A stretch of 64,000 nucleotides of DNA from Promethearchaeia archaeon (GCA_029856105.1 JAHQWH010000210.1:6813-70812); one strand, 5' to 3'; counted from the stretch's first letter, positions 36,496 to 46,620 are shown. A program made the numbers and translations. Notes: generated by a model from the sequence alone, not told the origin.

Positions 36496-37818
36496 TTATT
36501 TTAATTCTACTTTTGCTCCTAATTTTACAATATCTTCAATAAAATTTGGATAAGAATCCTTCACAATTTCGATATCCTCTATCTGAGAATTACCTTCAGC
36601 ACATAAACACGCAACGGTAAACGCCATAGCAACTCTGTGATCGTTTTCGTGATTTATGTTAGCACCTTTTAAGTTATCACAATGATATATGGTAAGTTTA
36701 TCTTCCTTTTCTTCTACTAAAACTCCCATTTTACCTAATTCTCTAGCAATTATTAATATTCTATCGCTTTCTTTATCTCTTAGGCTTGAAGCATTATATA
36801 ATTCAGTCTTACCCTTAGCAAATGCGCCAATAATTGATAATATGGGGAATAAGTCGGGATTTTCGCGGATATCAATGTCCAAACCAATTAACGGATATTT
36901 TTTTAGATTGCCATTAACGGTAATAGAATTTTTATCTCGATTAACTTCGATATCTGCTCCCATCTCTTGTAAAATCTTAATTATTTTTTGATCCCCTTGA
37001 GGTTTGTCAAAATTAAGATTGGTTATAATTATCCTAGAATCTTCGGGAGATAGTATAGCCGCAGCTATAATAAAAGATATTGAAGAAAAGTCACCAGGTA
37101 TTTCGTAAGTTTGGGCTCTATATTTCTGTCCACATGTGATTAGGTATTTACCAACTTTCAGTTCGTCTAAACTTTCTTGAACGTTAATTCCAAATGAGTT
37201 TAAAACATCTAAAGTTATATTTATATATGGATAGGAAATAAGAGGAGTTGTAATTTCAACTGTAATATGATTGGTTTTTTTACAAATTAACAATGGGCAC
37301 ACCATCAATAGAGCTGAAACAAACTGAGAGCTAACATCTCCCTGAATTTTAACAGTACTACATTTTTTACTTTTCCGCTTGATAGTTAATGTTTCTTCAG
37401 TTAAGTCATAGCTACCGCCAATATTTTCCAAAGCGTTTAATAATGGAAGAAGTGGTCTCCTTCTTTTAATAAATTCACCCGAAAAAGAAAGACCCCCTTT
37501 AATAATCATAGCTAACGCGCTAAATATTCTAATAGAAGTACCTGAATTTTTACAGTCGAATAATGGATTAATTTGTTTAATTAAACCTTCATATCTCTTA
37601 ACTAGATATGTATCATTTGATGCTTTCGTAATTCTATGGCCCAAAGACTTTAAAAAGTCTATAGTAACCTTAACATCACCAGAAGTTAAAGGGTTTTTAA
37701 TTATTGATACTCCTTCGGCAAGGCTCGCAGCTATAAAAGCGCGATGAGAATAGCTTTTAGAAGGTGGCGCAATAATCTCACCTTGAAGTCTCGTTGTAGG
37801 GGATATTCGAAGTTTCAT
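36496..37818 (-). CDS. aroA: 3-phosphoshikimate 1-carboxyvinyltransferase (EPSP synthase)
   Basis: PPSKSYSHRA, KNSGTSIRIF, RDKESDRI and DHRVAMAF blocks. 440 aa. Confidence 0.9.
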   Translation of the reverse strand: MKLRISPTTRLQGEIIAPPSKSYSHRAFIAASLAEGVSIIKNPLTSGDVKVTIDFLKSLGHRITKASNDTYLVKRYEGLIKQINPLFDCKNSGTSIRIFSALAMIIKGGLSFSGEFIKRRRPLLPLLNALENIGGSYDLTEETLTIKRKSKKCSTVKIQGDVSSQFVSALLMVCPLLICKKTNHITVEITTPLISYPYINITLDVLNSFGINVQESLDELKVGKYLITCGQKYRAQTYEIPGDFSSISFIIAAAILSPEDSRIIITNLNFDKPQGDQKIIKILQEMGADIEVNRDKNSITVNGNLKKYPLIGLDIDIRENPDLFPILSIIGAFAKGKTELYNASSLRDKESDRILIIARELGKMGVLVEEKEDKLTIYHCDNLKGANINHENDHRVAMAFTVACLCAEGNSQIEDIEIVKDSYPNFIEDIVKLGAKVELK

Positions 37819-38010
37819 TTGGGATATTTCAACATTTAAAACTATTAGTTACTAAGTAAAAATAAAAGAAAACCTCGATTATAACTTTATTTTTTTATAA
37901 CTTAAAATTACGATGGAGAAAGCATTCATAAAAAATAATAAGTGAAAACTACTCATAATATATTAATTATATCGTATAATTGATTGTATCCTTGAATTTT
38001 TTTAGTTGAG

Positions 38011-39129
38011 ATGATAAAATTGGGAGATAACACATTTGGAAAATTTTTTAAAATCACTTCGTTTGGAGAAAGTCATGGTAAGTTAGTAGGTGTTATTATT
38101 GATGGAACGCCTGCTGGGTTAGAATTTGATTTAGATATTATTCAAAGAGAATTAGATAAAAGAAGTCCTGGACAATCTCATTTAACAACATCTCGAGCAG
38201 AATTAGATAAAGCCGAAGTTTTATCGGGAATTTTTAATAATAAAACGACAGGAGCTCCAATTTGTCTGATAGTCAAAAATGAGGATGTAGATTCGTCAAA
38301 ATATGAGAAATTTAAAGAAATGATTAGACCGTCTCAAGTGGATTATGTTCTTTCGCAGAAATTTGGTGGTTTCGCCGATTATCGTGGTTCTGGCAGATTT
38401 TCAGGAAGAATTACAGCAGGATTCGTAATGGCGGGAGCCCTTGCTAAACAAATCTTAAATAAGGTAAATATATCAGTTTTTGCGTATACAAAGAGTATTG
38501 GGAAAATTGAAGATTCACTAAATTATTATATTAAAGATATCAACACTTTTATCCAGAAAAGAGAAATTTCACCTGTAAGAGCATTAAATCCAGATTTATC
38601 AAAAAAAATGGAACATGAAATTGAAGTAGTACAAAAAGCTAACGATTCGATTGGAGGAACTATTAGTTGTATAATCAATAACTTTCCCGTCGGAATTGGA
38701 GGACCTATTTTCAATAGTCTCGAATCCAATATTAGCAAGGCAATTTTTTCCATACCTGCAATAAAAGGAATTGAGTTTGGTGCTGGATTTAAGGCTGCAA
38801 AAATGAAAGGGTCTGAGCATAACGACCCATGGACTATAAAAGAGGGGAAAATTAGAACCGTGAAAAATGATTCTGGTGGAATTATAGGAGGGATATCTAC
38901 GGGTATGCCAATTAAATTCACTGTTGCAGTCAAGCCAACGCCTTCTATAGGATTAGCTCAAAAAACAGTTAATGTTAAAACAATGAAAGAAGAGGAAATT
39001 AAAATAGAAGGGCGTCATGACCCGTGTATTGTCCCAAGAGCCGTTGTAGTTGTGGAGTCTATGGCGGCTATAGTTCTATTAGATTATCTTTTAATAGAAG
39101 GAAAAATCCCTTCAGTGTTAAAAACCTAA
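38011..39129 (+). CDS. aroC: Chorismate synthase
   Basis: FGESHG, RPSQVDY, GRFSGR and EGRHDPC blocks. Divergent from aroA. Confidence 0.9.
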   Translation: MIKLGDNTFGKFFKITSFGESHGKLVGVIIDGTPAGLEFDLDIIQRELDKRSPGQSHLTTSRAELDKAEVLSGIFNNKTTGAPICLIVKNEDVDSSKYEKFKEMIRPSQVDYVLSQKFGGFADYRGSGRFSGRITAGFVMAGALAKQILNKVNISVFAYTKSIGKIEDSLNYYIKDINTFIQKREISPVRALNPDLSKKMEHEIEVVQKANDSIGGTISCIINNFPVGIGGPIFNSLESNISKAIFSIPAIKGIEFGAGFKAAKMKGSEHNDPWTIKEGKIRTVKNDSGGIIGGISTGMPIKFTVAVKPTPSIGLAQKTVNVKTMKEEEIKIEGRHDPCIVPRAVVVVESMAAIVLLDYLLIEGKIPSVLKT

Positions 39130-39272
39130 ATATTTTTATTTTTTAAAGGAACTTAGATTTCCTTATAGATGTTATAATTATCGCGTAATAATTAAAAATG
39201 TTCTTAATTTTCTAAAAATATCTTGCTATATTTATTCAAACAATTTATGATAAAAAGGGGAGAGTAAAAATA

Positions 39273-40715
39273 ATGAAGGAAGCAAAAGAAACTTTAACAG
39301 CAATTTTACTTGGTGCCGGTAATAGAGGAATGACTGTTTATGGTGAATATGCGTTAAAATATCCAGAAAAGTTGAAATTTGTAGCCGTTGCTGAACCTAT
39401 TAAGATCAGAAGAGAAAAATTTGCTGAACTTCATGAAATTCCCCCTAATAAGTGTTTTATAAGTTGGGAGGATTTATTACAAGAAGAAAAATTAGCTGAA
39501 ACTGCTTTTGTTTGCACACAGGATCAAATGCACATTAAACCAACAATCAAGGCGTTAGAGATAGGGTACAACGTTCTATTAGAAAAACCTATGGCTCACA
39601 CTTTAGAAGGTTGTATCGAAATCGTCAAAAAAGTTAAGGAGACTGGTAGAATACTTGGAATTAGCCATGTTTTGAGATATACAAATTTCTTTTCGACTAT
39701 TAAGGATACTATCCAAAAAGGGTTATTGGGAAATCTTGTAAATATTTCACATCGAGAAAATGTAAGTTGGTATCATATGGCGCACAGTTTTGTTAGAGGA
39801 AACTGGAGGAATGTAAGATCATCATCCCCTATGATACTGGCAAAATGCTGTCACGATCTCGATTTGTTGTTTTGGATGGTTGGTGCTTTACCAAAAAAAA
39901 TAAGTTCGTTTGGAAGTTTATTACATTTTAATTCAGTTAATGCACCAAAAAACGCTCCAGAATTTTGCATAGAGGGTTGTCCTATAGAGGATACTTGTTT
40001 GTATTACGCTCCAAGAATATATATTGATATAATTCCGATTATTCAAATATTAAAAAAAAGCGAGAAAAAAGGATTTAGAATTCTCGCTAATCTGAGAAAA
40101 AATCATATAAAATTTTTAACTGGACTGAGTAAATTAATTAAACTTTTACAACGATTGAGATATTGGAGGGATTGGCCCGTGGAACCTCTTTATTCCGGTC
40201 TTCCTGAAGAAAGTACCGAAGATTACTCTGATGAAACGAAAACGAAAATTCTAAAAACAAGTCCTTACGGTAGGTGCGTCTATAAATGCGATAACGATGT
40301 AGTTGACCATCAAGTCGTTAATATCGAATTTGAAAATAAAGTTACAGTTAATTTAACAATGCATGGATTTAGTGAACGGGAGGGGCGCACATTAAGGATT
40401 GACGGAACTAAAGCTACGCTAATTGGACAATTCTCCGATGCGGGGCAGAAAATTACCTTATTCGATCATTTTTCAGGTACTGAAAAAGTAATTTTTTCTC
40501 AACAGCTCTCTCTTGATTATTCTGGCCATGGTGGAGGCGATTTCTCATTGATCGATGCGTTTTTAGAAACTTTAGTTGGTAAGAGTAAAACCCAACCTTT
40601 AACAAACGCAAACGAAACTTTAGAAAGCCATCTCATGGCTTTCGCTGCTGACGACTCTCGCTTAAAAGGAAAAGTTATTGATATGGAAGAGTTCCGGATA
40701 AAAGCACAAAAATAG
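39273..40715 (+). CDS. Gfo/Idh/MocA family oxidoreductase
   Basis: N-terminal Rossmann LLGAGNRG and an EKP motif (LLEKPMA). Long 480-aa form with an insertion. Confidence 0.7.
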   Translation: MKEAKETLTAILLGAGNRGMTVYGEYALKYPEKLKFVAVAEPIKIRREKFAELHEIPPNKCFISWEDLLQEEKLAETAFVCTQDQMHIKPTIKALEIGYNVLLEKPMAHTLEGCIEIVKKVKETGRILGISHVLRYTNFFSTIKDTIQKGLLGNLVNISHRENVSWYHMAHSFVRGNWRNVRSSSPMILAKCCHDLDLLFWMVGALPKKISSFGSLLHFNSVNAPKNAPEFCIEGCPIEDTCLYYAPRIYIDIIPIIQILKKSEKKGFRILANLRKNHIKFLTGLSKLIKLLQRLRYWRDWPVEPLYSGLPEESTEDYSDETKTKILKTSPYGRCVYKCDNDVVDHQVVNIEFENKVTVNLTMHGFSEREGRTLRIDGTKATLIGQFSDAGQKITLFDHFSGTEKVIFSQQLSLDYSGHGGGDFSLIDAFLETLVGKSKTQPLTNANETLESHLMAFAADDSRLKGKVIDMEEFRIKAQK

Positions 40716-40785
40716 AATATTAAATATTTAGTTAATTTTAATTAATTTAAGTTTATAAGATACATATAGTCCAAAAAAAAAAGAA

Positions 40786-41016
40786 TTGTTTAGGATGAGT
40801 AGAAAAATTGATACTTCTGCGCAATTTATCGAGTTTTTCGTTAAAAAAGGGCACTATCTAGTTGAGCTATCAGAAAATCATTTTAAAAATAGAGAATATA
40901 AAAAATCCCTTGAATTACTATCTCAAGCGCATACGATGTTTGAAAAGGGAGGCGCAAAAGCAGAAGCAGAAGATGTTAAAGCAAGATTTAACGATATAAA
41001 GAAAAATCACTTTTAA
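40786..41016 (+). CDS. Hypothetical small helical protein
   Basis: 76-aa ORF, helical and charged, with a TTG start in the ORF track. No firm motif. Confidence 0.35.
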   Translation: MFRMSRKIDTSAQFIEFFVKKGHYLVELSENHFKNREYKKSLELLSQAHTMFEKGGAKAEAEDVKARFNDIKKNHF

Positions 41017-41025
41017 AAACAGTAA

Positions 41026-41520
41026 TTATTGAATATCAGCTTCATTCTTTATCTTTTTATTGATATCTATTATGTGTGGTCCGTACCAAAACACTTTATT
41101 ACAGCTCGGATTATTGCACTGATAAAATTCAGTATAATTTTTGAAAGTTTCAGGTTTAACCAATTTTTTTATCGAATTTTTATTTTCTACTTTTTTTAAT
41201 ATTGTATTACAAATAGAGCATCGTGCTTTTTCAATATCGAAGTTATAGTTTAATTTTAGCTTTATCTTAAGTTGGTTTAAATAGTTATAGACACCTTTTC
41301 CTTCTAGAAATATTGCTTTATCCCTCATTTTTTGATAGAAAGGCAAATCTTTAGTTATAACTATTCTATCATACTTTTCGGCGTATTGTTTTAATTTTTC
41401 GTCCGGAACGGGATCAGCGTGATAATAGTCGATTAAATCGTTGGCATAAATTGCATCGAATCCAAAAATTCTCAAGAACCGAGATAATTTGCCAAGCATG
41501 GCATCTACAAGAAATTTCAT
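41026..41520 (-). CDS. Mut7-C/DUF82 PIN-like ribonuclease domain protein with a C-terminal zinc ribbon
   Basis: MKFLVDAMLGKLSRFLRIFGFDA start typical of DUF82. C-terminal CSICN...CNNPSCNKVFWYGPH. Confidence 0.7.
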   Translation of the reverse strand: MKFLVDAMLGKLSRFLRIFGFDAIYANDLIDYYHADPVPDEKLKQYAEKYDRIVITKDLPFYQKMRDKAIFLEGKGVYNYLNQLKIKLKLNYNFDIEKARCSICNTILKKVENKNSIKKLVKPETFKNYTEFYQCNNPSCNKVFWYGPHIIDINKKIKNEADIQ

Positions 41521-41603
41521 TCCTATTATAAATATATTTAAGTCATAAAATAAATTATTTATTTGATATTTTTAATAAATCTAAAATTATTAGCTGATTT
41601 TGA

Positions 41604-42131
41604 ATGGAAACTAGAGAATTAATGAAAAAAGCTACGATTTTTCACGGTCATTTATGCCCAGGTGTCGCTATAGGCGTATTAGTGGCTAAATATATTTTAG
41701 AACACGATTTTGAGCGTTCTTCTGACGAAGAGCTAGTAGCTGTTGTTGAGACGGATAATTGTAGCGTTGACGCGCTTCAAGCATTATTAGGTACCACATT
41801 TGGTAAAGGCAATTTAATTCATAATGATTATGGTAAGAATAATTATAAGATATACAGTAGAAAGGGCCAAAAAGGGGTTAAATTAACTTTAAAAGCTTCT
41901 GTTTTGGATAAAAAAAAATTATCAAGGGATGAAAAAATTCAAAAGCTTTTAGATCTAGAACCTGGAGATCTCTTTGATATAAAAGAAATTGAATTTGATC
42001 CTCCAATATTGGCTCAAATAGAAGAATCGGTTCCCTGTGACATATGTGGTGAACTTACAATGGACAGCCGTATCATGAGATATCAAGATAGAAATATTTG
42101 CATTCCTTGTTATAAAGAAATAAAAAAATGA
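41604..42131 (+). CDS. FmdE/FwdE-family domain protein with a C-terminal zinc ribbon
   Basis: FHGHLCPGVAIGV and ETDNCSVDALQ blocks. CDICGE...CIPCY at the C-terminus. Confidence 0.7.
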   Translation: METRELMKKATIFHGHLCPGVAIGVLVAKYILEHDFERSSDEELVAVVETDNCSVDALQALLGTTFGKGNLIHNDYGKNNYKIYSRKGQKGVKLTLKASVLDKKKLSRDEKIQKLLDLEPGDLFDIKEIEFDPPILAQIEESVPCDICGELTMDSRIMRYQDRNICIPCYKEIKK

Positions 42132-42185
42132 AGAAATTTATAGCCAATTTTTTTATCAAAAATCCGATTTAATTTGCGATTTAAT

Positions 42186-42950
42186 ATGAACGAACAATCT
42201 AAAGTTACTTTATCTGGTGCTGGACCTTTTTATTTTGATGGAAATGGTATTGGGATTATAATTATTCATGGTGGAGGGGGTGGAACCTGTGCGGACCTAA
42301 AACCATTAGGGGAGGATTTACACAAAAAAAAAGGGTATACGGTTCATATACCATTATTACCCGGATTTGGAACCTCACCCGAAGATTTACGAATTACTAC
42401 TTTAAGTGCGTGGAAAAGAGCTTTAGATAAAGAAATAATAATAGTTAGAGAAAAATGTGAAAAAATTATAGTTGGAGGTCATTCTATGGGGGGTGTTTTC
42501 TCTTTAATATTAGCAAGTAATATTAACATCGATGGTGTCTTTACTATAAGCGCCCCCATTGGAATTCGAGGATTTGCTCCCAAATTAGTTCCATTGTTAA
42601 AATTATTCGTTAAATATTATCCAACTCCGTTAAAAAAGTTTAAACAAGAAACAAATGGAAAATGGGTGGGTTACGATAAAATTCCCCTTAATATTGTTGG
42701 AAAATTTAATAAGCTAATGAAAGAAATGAAAAAAGCATTAGGAGCAATAATTTGTCCTGCTTTATTTTTTCAAGGACGTTTAGACTCACAAATTAAAAAA
42801 AATAGTATGGATTTTATTTATGAAGTTGTTAATTCTAAAGTCAAGAAAAAAATATGGTTAGACCATAATGACCATCCAATTTTATGTAGTCCAGATCACG
42901 ATGAGATTGTTTCCACACTAATAACTTTTATCGATGAGGTTTGCAATTAA
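42186..42950 (+). CDS. Alpha/beta hydrolase (carboxylesterase-like)
   Basis: HGGGG oxyanion region, nucleophile elbow GGHSMGG, and a late D and H (DHNDH). The ATG at 42186 is preferred over the TTG at 42174. Confidence 0.75.
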   Translation: MNEQSKVTLSGAGPFYFDGNGIGIIIIHGGGGGTCADLKPLGEDLHKKKGYTVHIPLLPGFGTSPEDLRITTLSAWKRALDKEIIIVREKCEKIIVGGHSMGGVFSLILASNINIDGVFTISAPIGIRGFAPKLVPLLKLFVKYYPTPLKKFKQETNGKWVGYDKIPLNIVGKFNKLMKEMKKALGAIICPALFFQGRLDSQIKKNSMDFIYEVVNSKVKKKIWLDHNDHPILCSPDHDEIVSTLITFIDEVCN

Positions 42951-43027
42951 TTTAGAAAGATCAACAAATAATTTAAAAAAAATTAATTTATTATAATTAG
43001 ATGGATGTAATTTAAAAATTTTTAAAA

Positions 43028-43471
43028 ATGCTAATTAGAGAATTTTCAGAAAGGGATACAGAGGAAATTACATTATTAATGAAGAAGATTTGCATATTAA
43101 AGGGTCAGGAATTTGATGAAGAGAGATGGAGAAATAGTATAATCGAACATATGAAAAAAGATTCAAATTCTGAAGTAATTGTAGCATTTGATGATGAAAA
43201 AAAATCCATTATTGGAATGGCAAATTGTTCAATTAGAACATCAGATAAAGGTTATCGATTTGGTTTCATTTCTAACTTAATTGTAGAGGAAGAAAAAAGG
43301 AGATTAGGAATAGGGGAAGAAATAATGAGATATATTGTTGATTTTTTTAAAAGAAATCATGTTTATTCAATCAGATTAGCTTTAGAGCAAAACGCAGATA
43401 ATGCCGCAAAAATTTTGTTTACGAAATTAGGTTTTCAAGAAACATTACGTATTTATGAATTAAAAATTTAA
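43028..43471 (+). CDS. GNAT family N-acetyltransferase
   Basis: 147 aa. Acetyl-CoA motif A region VEEEKRRLGIGEEIM. Confidence 0.75.
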   Translation: MLIREFSERDTEEITLLMKKICILKGQEFDEERWRNSIIEHMKKDSNSEVIVAFDDEKKSIIGMANCSIRTSDKGYRFGFISNLIVEEEKRRLGIGEEIMRYIVDFFKRNHVYSIRLALEQNADNAAKILFTKLGFQETLRIYELKI

Positions 43472-43528
43472 GATAAATGTAAGAAGAAAAATAATTATTA
43501 TTTTATTATATAATGATTTGAGGAATGT

Positions 43529-44734
43529 ATGATACAAGAAGTGCAAAAAGGACATACTCTTTTAATTAAAGGTCCTACAAGGGTTATATTATTAGAAGGA
43601 AAAATTGAAGTCTTTGGAAAAACATTAGTACCTAAAAAGGACGAGAAAAAAAACACGATAATCGTTCCAAGTGCTAATAATTATCCATTATATGCGTTGG
43701 AGCCATCGAGGTTAGAGATTTTCACTGGTAATAAAGATAATGTAGAAATAATTGAAGAAAACACGATTAATAATGAATGGGTGAAAATTAAGGATTCAAT
43801 TATTAGCACGATTAGAAAAAACGAACCTAACAAACCATTAAAAGTAATGGTGTTAGGAGTTAGTAGTGGGAAAACTACTCTCGTAAAATTTTTAGCGAAC
43901 AATATTATTAACGAAGGATTAAAAGCAGCTTTTCTCGATTCAGATTTAGGACAACAATTGTTATACCTCCCAACAACCCTTAATATAGGGGATATTAAAG
44001 AAGGTATTGTATCAAGCGCTGAAATTGATACCGATGAAACGATTTTCATTGGAAGTACTTTCCCAAAAGCTAATTTTAAATTTGTTGTTTCACATTTTTG
44101 CAAAAATTTGATAACTAATTTTGTTGAAAGACACAAGGATACGGATGTCATTCTTATTGACAGTGATGGATGGATAAGAACTGAAGCAGGAATTATTTAT
44201 AAAACCTTTTTCATAGATACTGTCGATCCTGATATTCTGATTGTATTTCACGACGATTCTATCGAAGAATTAAAAGAAATTGAAAAAAATGCTGTTAAAT
44301 CAAAGAAAAGAAAAATCTTTCTTTTAAAGGAGCACAATGAGTTTTTTTACGAAAAAGATAAAGAAGAAAGAAGATTTATTAGACAGAGTCAATTTGCAAA
44401 GGTTTTAGAAAACTATAGAAAGATTTCAATACCATTAAACGATATTAAATTCATAAAAAACGATTACGATATTGAAAACAATGAAATTATAGAAGTAGAA
44501 ATCAACCCTAATAATTTAATTAATCTGCCTTATCATTATGTAATTATTTCTTTGCTTACAGAAGATTCTAAGATGATTAAAATTGGTCTTCTTTTTCTTA
44601 TCAATTTAGAGAAAAATTATATTCTATTATTTTCAGATCTGAGTTTTAAAGAACAAAGTAAAGTGAAGAAAATATTACTTGGAAGTTTACGACTCTCGAC
44701 CAAAGGCAACCATCAGGGGTATTTGTATTTATAG
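43529..44734 (+). CDS. Clp1/Grc3-like polynucleotide 5'-hydroxyl kinase
   Basis: N-terminal beta domain (LLIKGPTRVILLEGKIEVFG), P-loop VLGVSSGKTT, DSDLGQQ, and a Walker B-like ILIDSDGW. 401 aa. Confidence 0.65.
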   Translation: MIQEVQKGHTLLIKGPTRVILLEGKIEVFGKTLVPKKDEKKNTIIVPSANNYPLYALEPSRLEIFTGNKDNVEIIEENTINNEWVKIKDSIISTIRKNEPNKPLKVMVLGVSSGKTTLVKFLANNIINEGLKAAFLDSDLGQQLLYLPTTLNIGDIKEGIVSSAEIDTDETIFIGSTFPKANFKFVVSHFCKNLITNFVERHKDTDVILIDSDGWIRTEAGIIYKTFFIDTVDPDILIVFHDDSIEELKEIEKNAVKSKKRKIFLLKEHNEFFYEKDKEERRFIRQSQFAKVLENYRKISIPLNDIKFIKNDYDIENNEIIEVEINPNNLINLPYHYVIISLLTEDSKMIKIGLLFLINLEKNYILLFSDLSFKEQSKVKKILLGSLRLSTKGNHQGYLYL

Positions 44735-44878
44735 AATTTCCCCCCTTTCTGTTTGTTTTCATCAATTTATAATTTTATTAAAATCACCAAGGTTATCTTT
44801 ATTTATAATTGCTATCTTTAAAAGCATAATAAGATTAATTGAAATCAGACTATCCATATTTTAAATCACGATTGAGTG

Positions 44879-46324
44879 ATGTATTTGGGAGAGAACTTAC
44901 TAACCAAATTCCTTAAATTAATGTCAAAAGATATCACTGAGTCTGATTTAGAATTAATTCAATTAGGAAGTACCTTAGGACTTAACCTAATCTCGTTCGC
45001 GGAACTTCGTTCATCTCAAGAAGACAGTTTTATAGATCGAATGAGAGAAAAAGCTTTGATAAAATTAGCTAAACATGGGGATAATGTTCTAGTTAATACT
45101 GACACATTTTATGCGGGTAGCATTGATTTTATGGTGTGTGATGAGCCCGAAGGTAAGAGATTTTTTCTTCTCGAAACAAATGGAGGTTCTAATCGAGGTT
45201 TGTCTATTCTTACTAATAAGCAACAAGATATAATGTATAATGGGTACTTGCAAGCAATTAGGCAGGCAATAGAAAAATCTAAAGGAAATAATGAAAAAGT
45301 ATTAGTGTTAGTAGGCGTCCCCGTAAACGACGCTTTAATCCATGAAAAAGTAATTATGGTTGAATTTTTTAGGAAAAAAATTAAATCGATGGGTTATTCG
45401 CTTAAAATTTTTAATTCTGATAGTTATTCCAAGGAATATAAGGCAGAAGTTGTGTTTTTAATAGCGGATTATAAAGAATTAGATCAAACATTAACATTTT
45501 CTAAAGGATGGATTAAATATCTAGGTGAAAAAGTTAATGTTTTGATTGGAGATGGTATAGCGAGACGTCTAAACGATGAGGAATTTGTTAATCTAATTAA
45601 AAAAGACTTTCGCAGAATAAATACTATAATTGTAAATCCAATTTTCAAAATTACTGATGATAAATCTCTCACATATCTAGCAAGTTTTTACCATAAAAGT
45701 CTCCTTGAAAAGTTTAATTTGAAATATTTACTTTTCACAAAAGTTAATAATGAGAAGGAATTAAGCCAAAAAATAGACTATTTAATAAAAAAATACAATA
45801 AATCTTTTATCATTAAACCTATGGGAGGATCTGGTGGAGCAGGAGTAATCCCAATCTTAAAGAATGAAAAACCTCAACGAATTAAACACATTATAGAAGA
45901 AAGTAAAAGAGAGTTCTTTGCAAAATTTATGAAAAATCGTAATCCATATCCTTATACAATTCAAGAGATGGCTAACTTTAATACTATCTTGTGGAAGGGC
46001 GGAAAACATACTTATGACATAAGACTCTATTTAGCCCAAAAAGAAGGTCTTATAATTCCAGTTGGTGGTCTAGCAAGAATTGCTAGAGGTGTATATAAAG
46101 GCTCTTTAAAGAAAGAAGAATTTGTAGTAAACTTATCTGGTTTCGATGGTCAAATTGAAGTTGAGCGAGGTATTGGATTCTCACAGAAAAATAGTAAACT
46201 ATTAAATTTGTCTATAGATGATTTTGTTAATATGTCTTGCATTGGATGTACCTTAATCGCTAAGATATGTAAAGATTACCAACAGTTAATTAATTTCTCA
46301 GATTGGGATAAAATTATTGGTTAG
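44879..46324 (+). CDS. ATP-grasp-like ligase, possibly circularly permuted (eukaryotic glutathione-synthetase-like order of motifs)
   Basis: FFLLETNGGSNRGLS lies near residue 95 and FIIKPMGGSGGAGV near residue 320, followed by YDIRLYLAQ and GGLARIAR. An ORF is certain; the family assignment is tentative. The ATG at 44879 is preferred over the GTG at 44876. Confidence 0.4.
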   Translation: MYLGENLLTKFLKLMSKDITESDLELIQLGSTLGLNLISFAELRSSQEDSFIDRMREKALIKLAKHGDNVLVNTDTFYAGSIDFMVCDEPEGKRFFLLETNGGSNRGLSILTNKQQDIMYNGYLQAIRQAIEKSKGNNEKVLVLVGVPVNDALIHEKVIMVEFFRKKIKSMGYSLKIFNSDSYSKEYKAEVVFLIADYKELDQTLTFSKGWIKYLGEKVNVLIGDGIARRLNDEEFVNLIKKDFRRINTIIVNPIFKITDDKSLTYLASFYHKSLLEKFNLKYLLFTKVNNEKELSQKIDYLIKKYNKSFIIKPMGGSGGAGVIPILKNEKPQRIKHIIEESKREFFAKFMKNRNPYPYTIQEMANFNTILWKGGKHTYDIRLYLAQKEGLIIPVGGLARIARGVYKGSLKKEEFVVNLSGFDGQIEVERGIGFSQKNSKLLNLSIDDFVNMSCIGCTLIAKICKDYQQLINFSDWDKIIG

Positions 46325-46446
46325 AACAAGCATAAATCCTATAATATTCTAAATTTAATGAAAGTTTTCTGATGACACTGGCCCTTTTTTAGAACCTATT
46401 GGCTTTTCATAAATTTTACTATAAATAGCTAATAATACTTATTATT

Positions 46447-46620
46447 TTATGCTATTAAAAGCTCCTTCTCGTTGAGATTTTTCTCACTTAAACAATCCTT
46501 ATGATAATAAAAAGTTTTGTTACCGTAAAATTTCCCGTTTATTAAATTTCCTAAAGTTATTTTGAAGTGTGAATTTAACTTTTGAAGTTTAATTTCTTCT
46601 CTACAAATAGGACAAATCAT
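46447..46620 (-). CDS. Small C2HC zinc-finger-like protein (57 aa, below the ORF-track cutoff)
   Basis: Hand translation: MICPICREEIKLQKLNSHFKITLGNLINGKFYGNKTFYYHKDCLSEKNLNEKELLIA. It has an N-terminal CPIC knuckle and a distal HKDC, and lies in an otherwise empty 380-bp gap. Confidence 0.35.
   Translation of the reverse strand: MICPICREEIKLQKLNSHFKITLGNLINGKFYGNKTFYYHKDCLSEKNLNEKELLIA

Noticed and set aside
40786-41016. The 76-aa helical ORF might be a stand-alone MIT-like three-helix module, which would be ESCRT-related.
   Set aside because: The resemblance rests only on a helical pattern and an ...EYKKSLELLSQAHTMF...-type TPR/MIT-like helix. That is too weak to call without profile searches, so it is left as hypothetical.
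44679-44864. 61-aa ORF spanning the Clp1 stop and the following intergenic region.
   Set aside because: It overlaps the end of the Clp1-like gene in another frame. It is hydrophobic and low-complexity, with no start context.
46325-46446. A ctgatga (C-box-like) motif in the intergenic region, suggesting a possible C/D-box sRNA.
   Set aside because: No matching D box (ctga) or C'/D' pair is found at the appropriate spacing on either strand.
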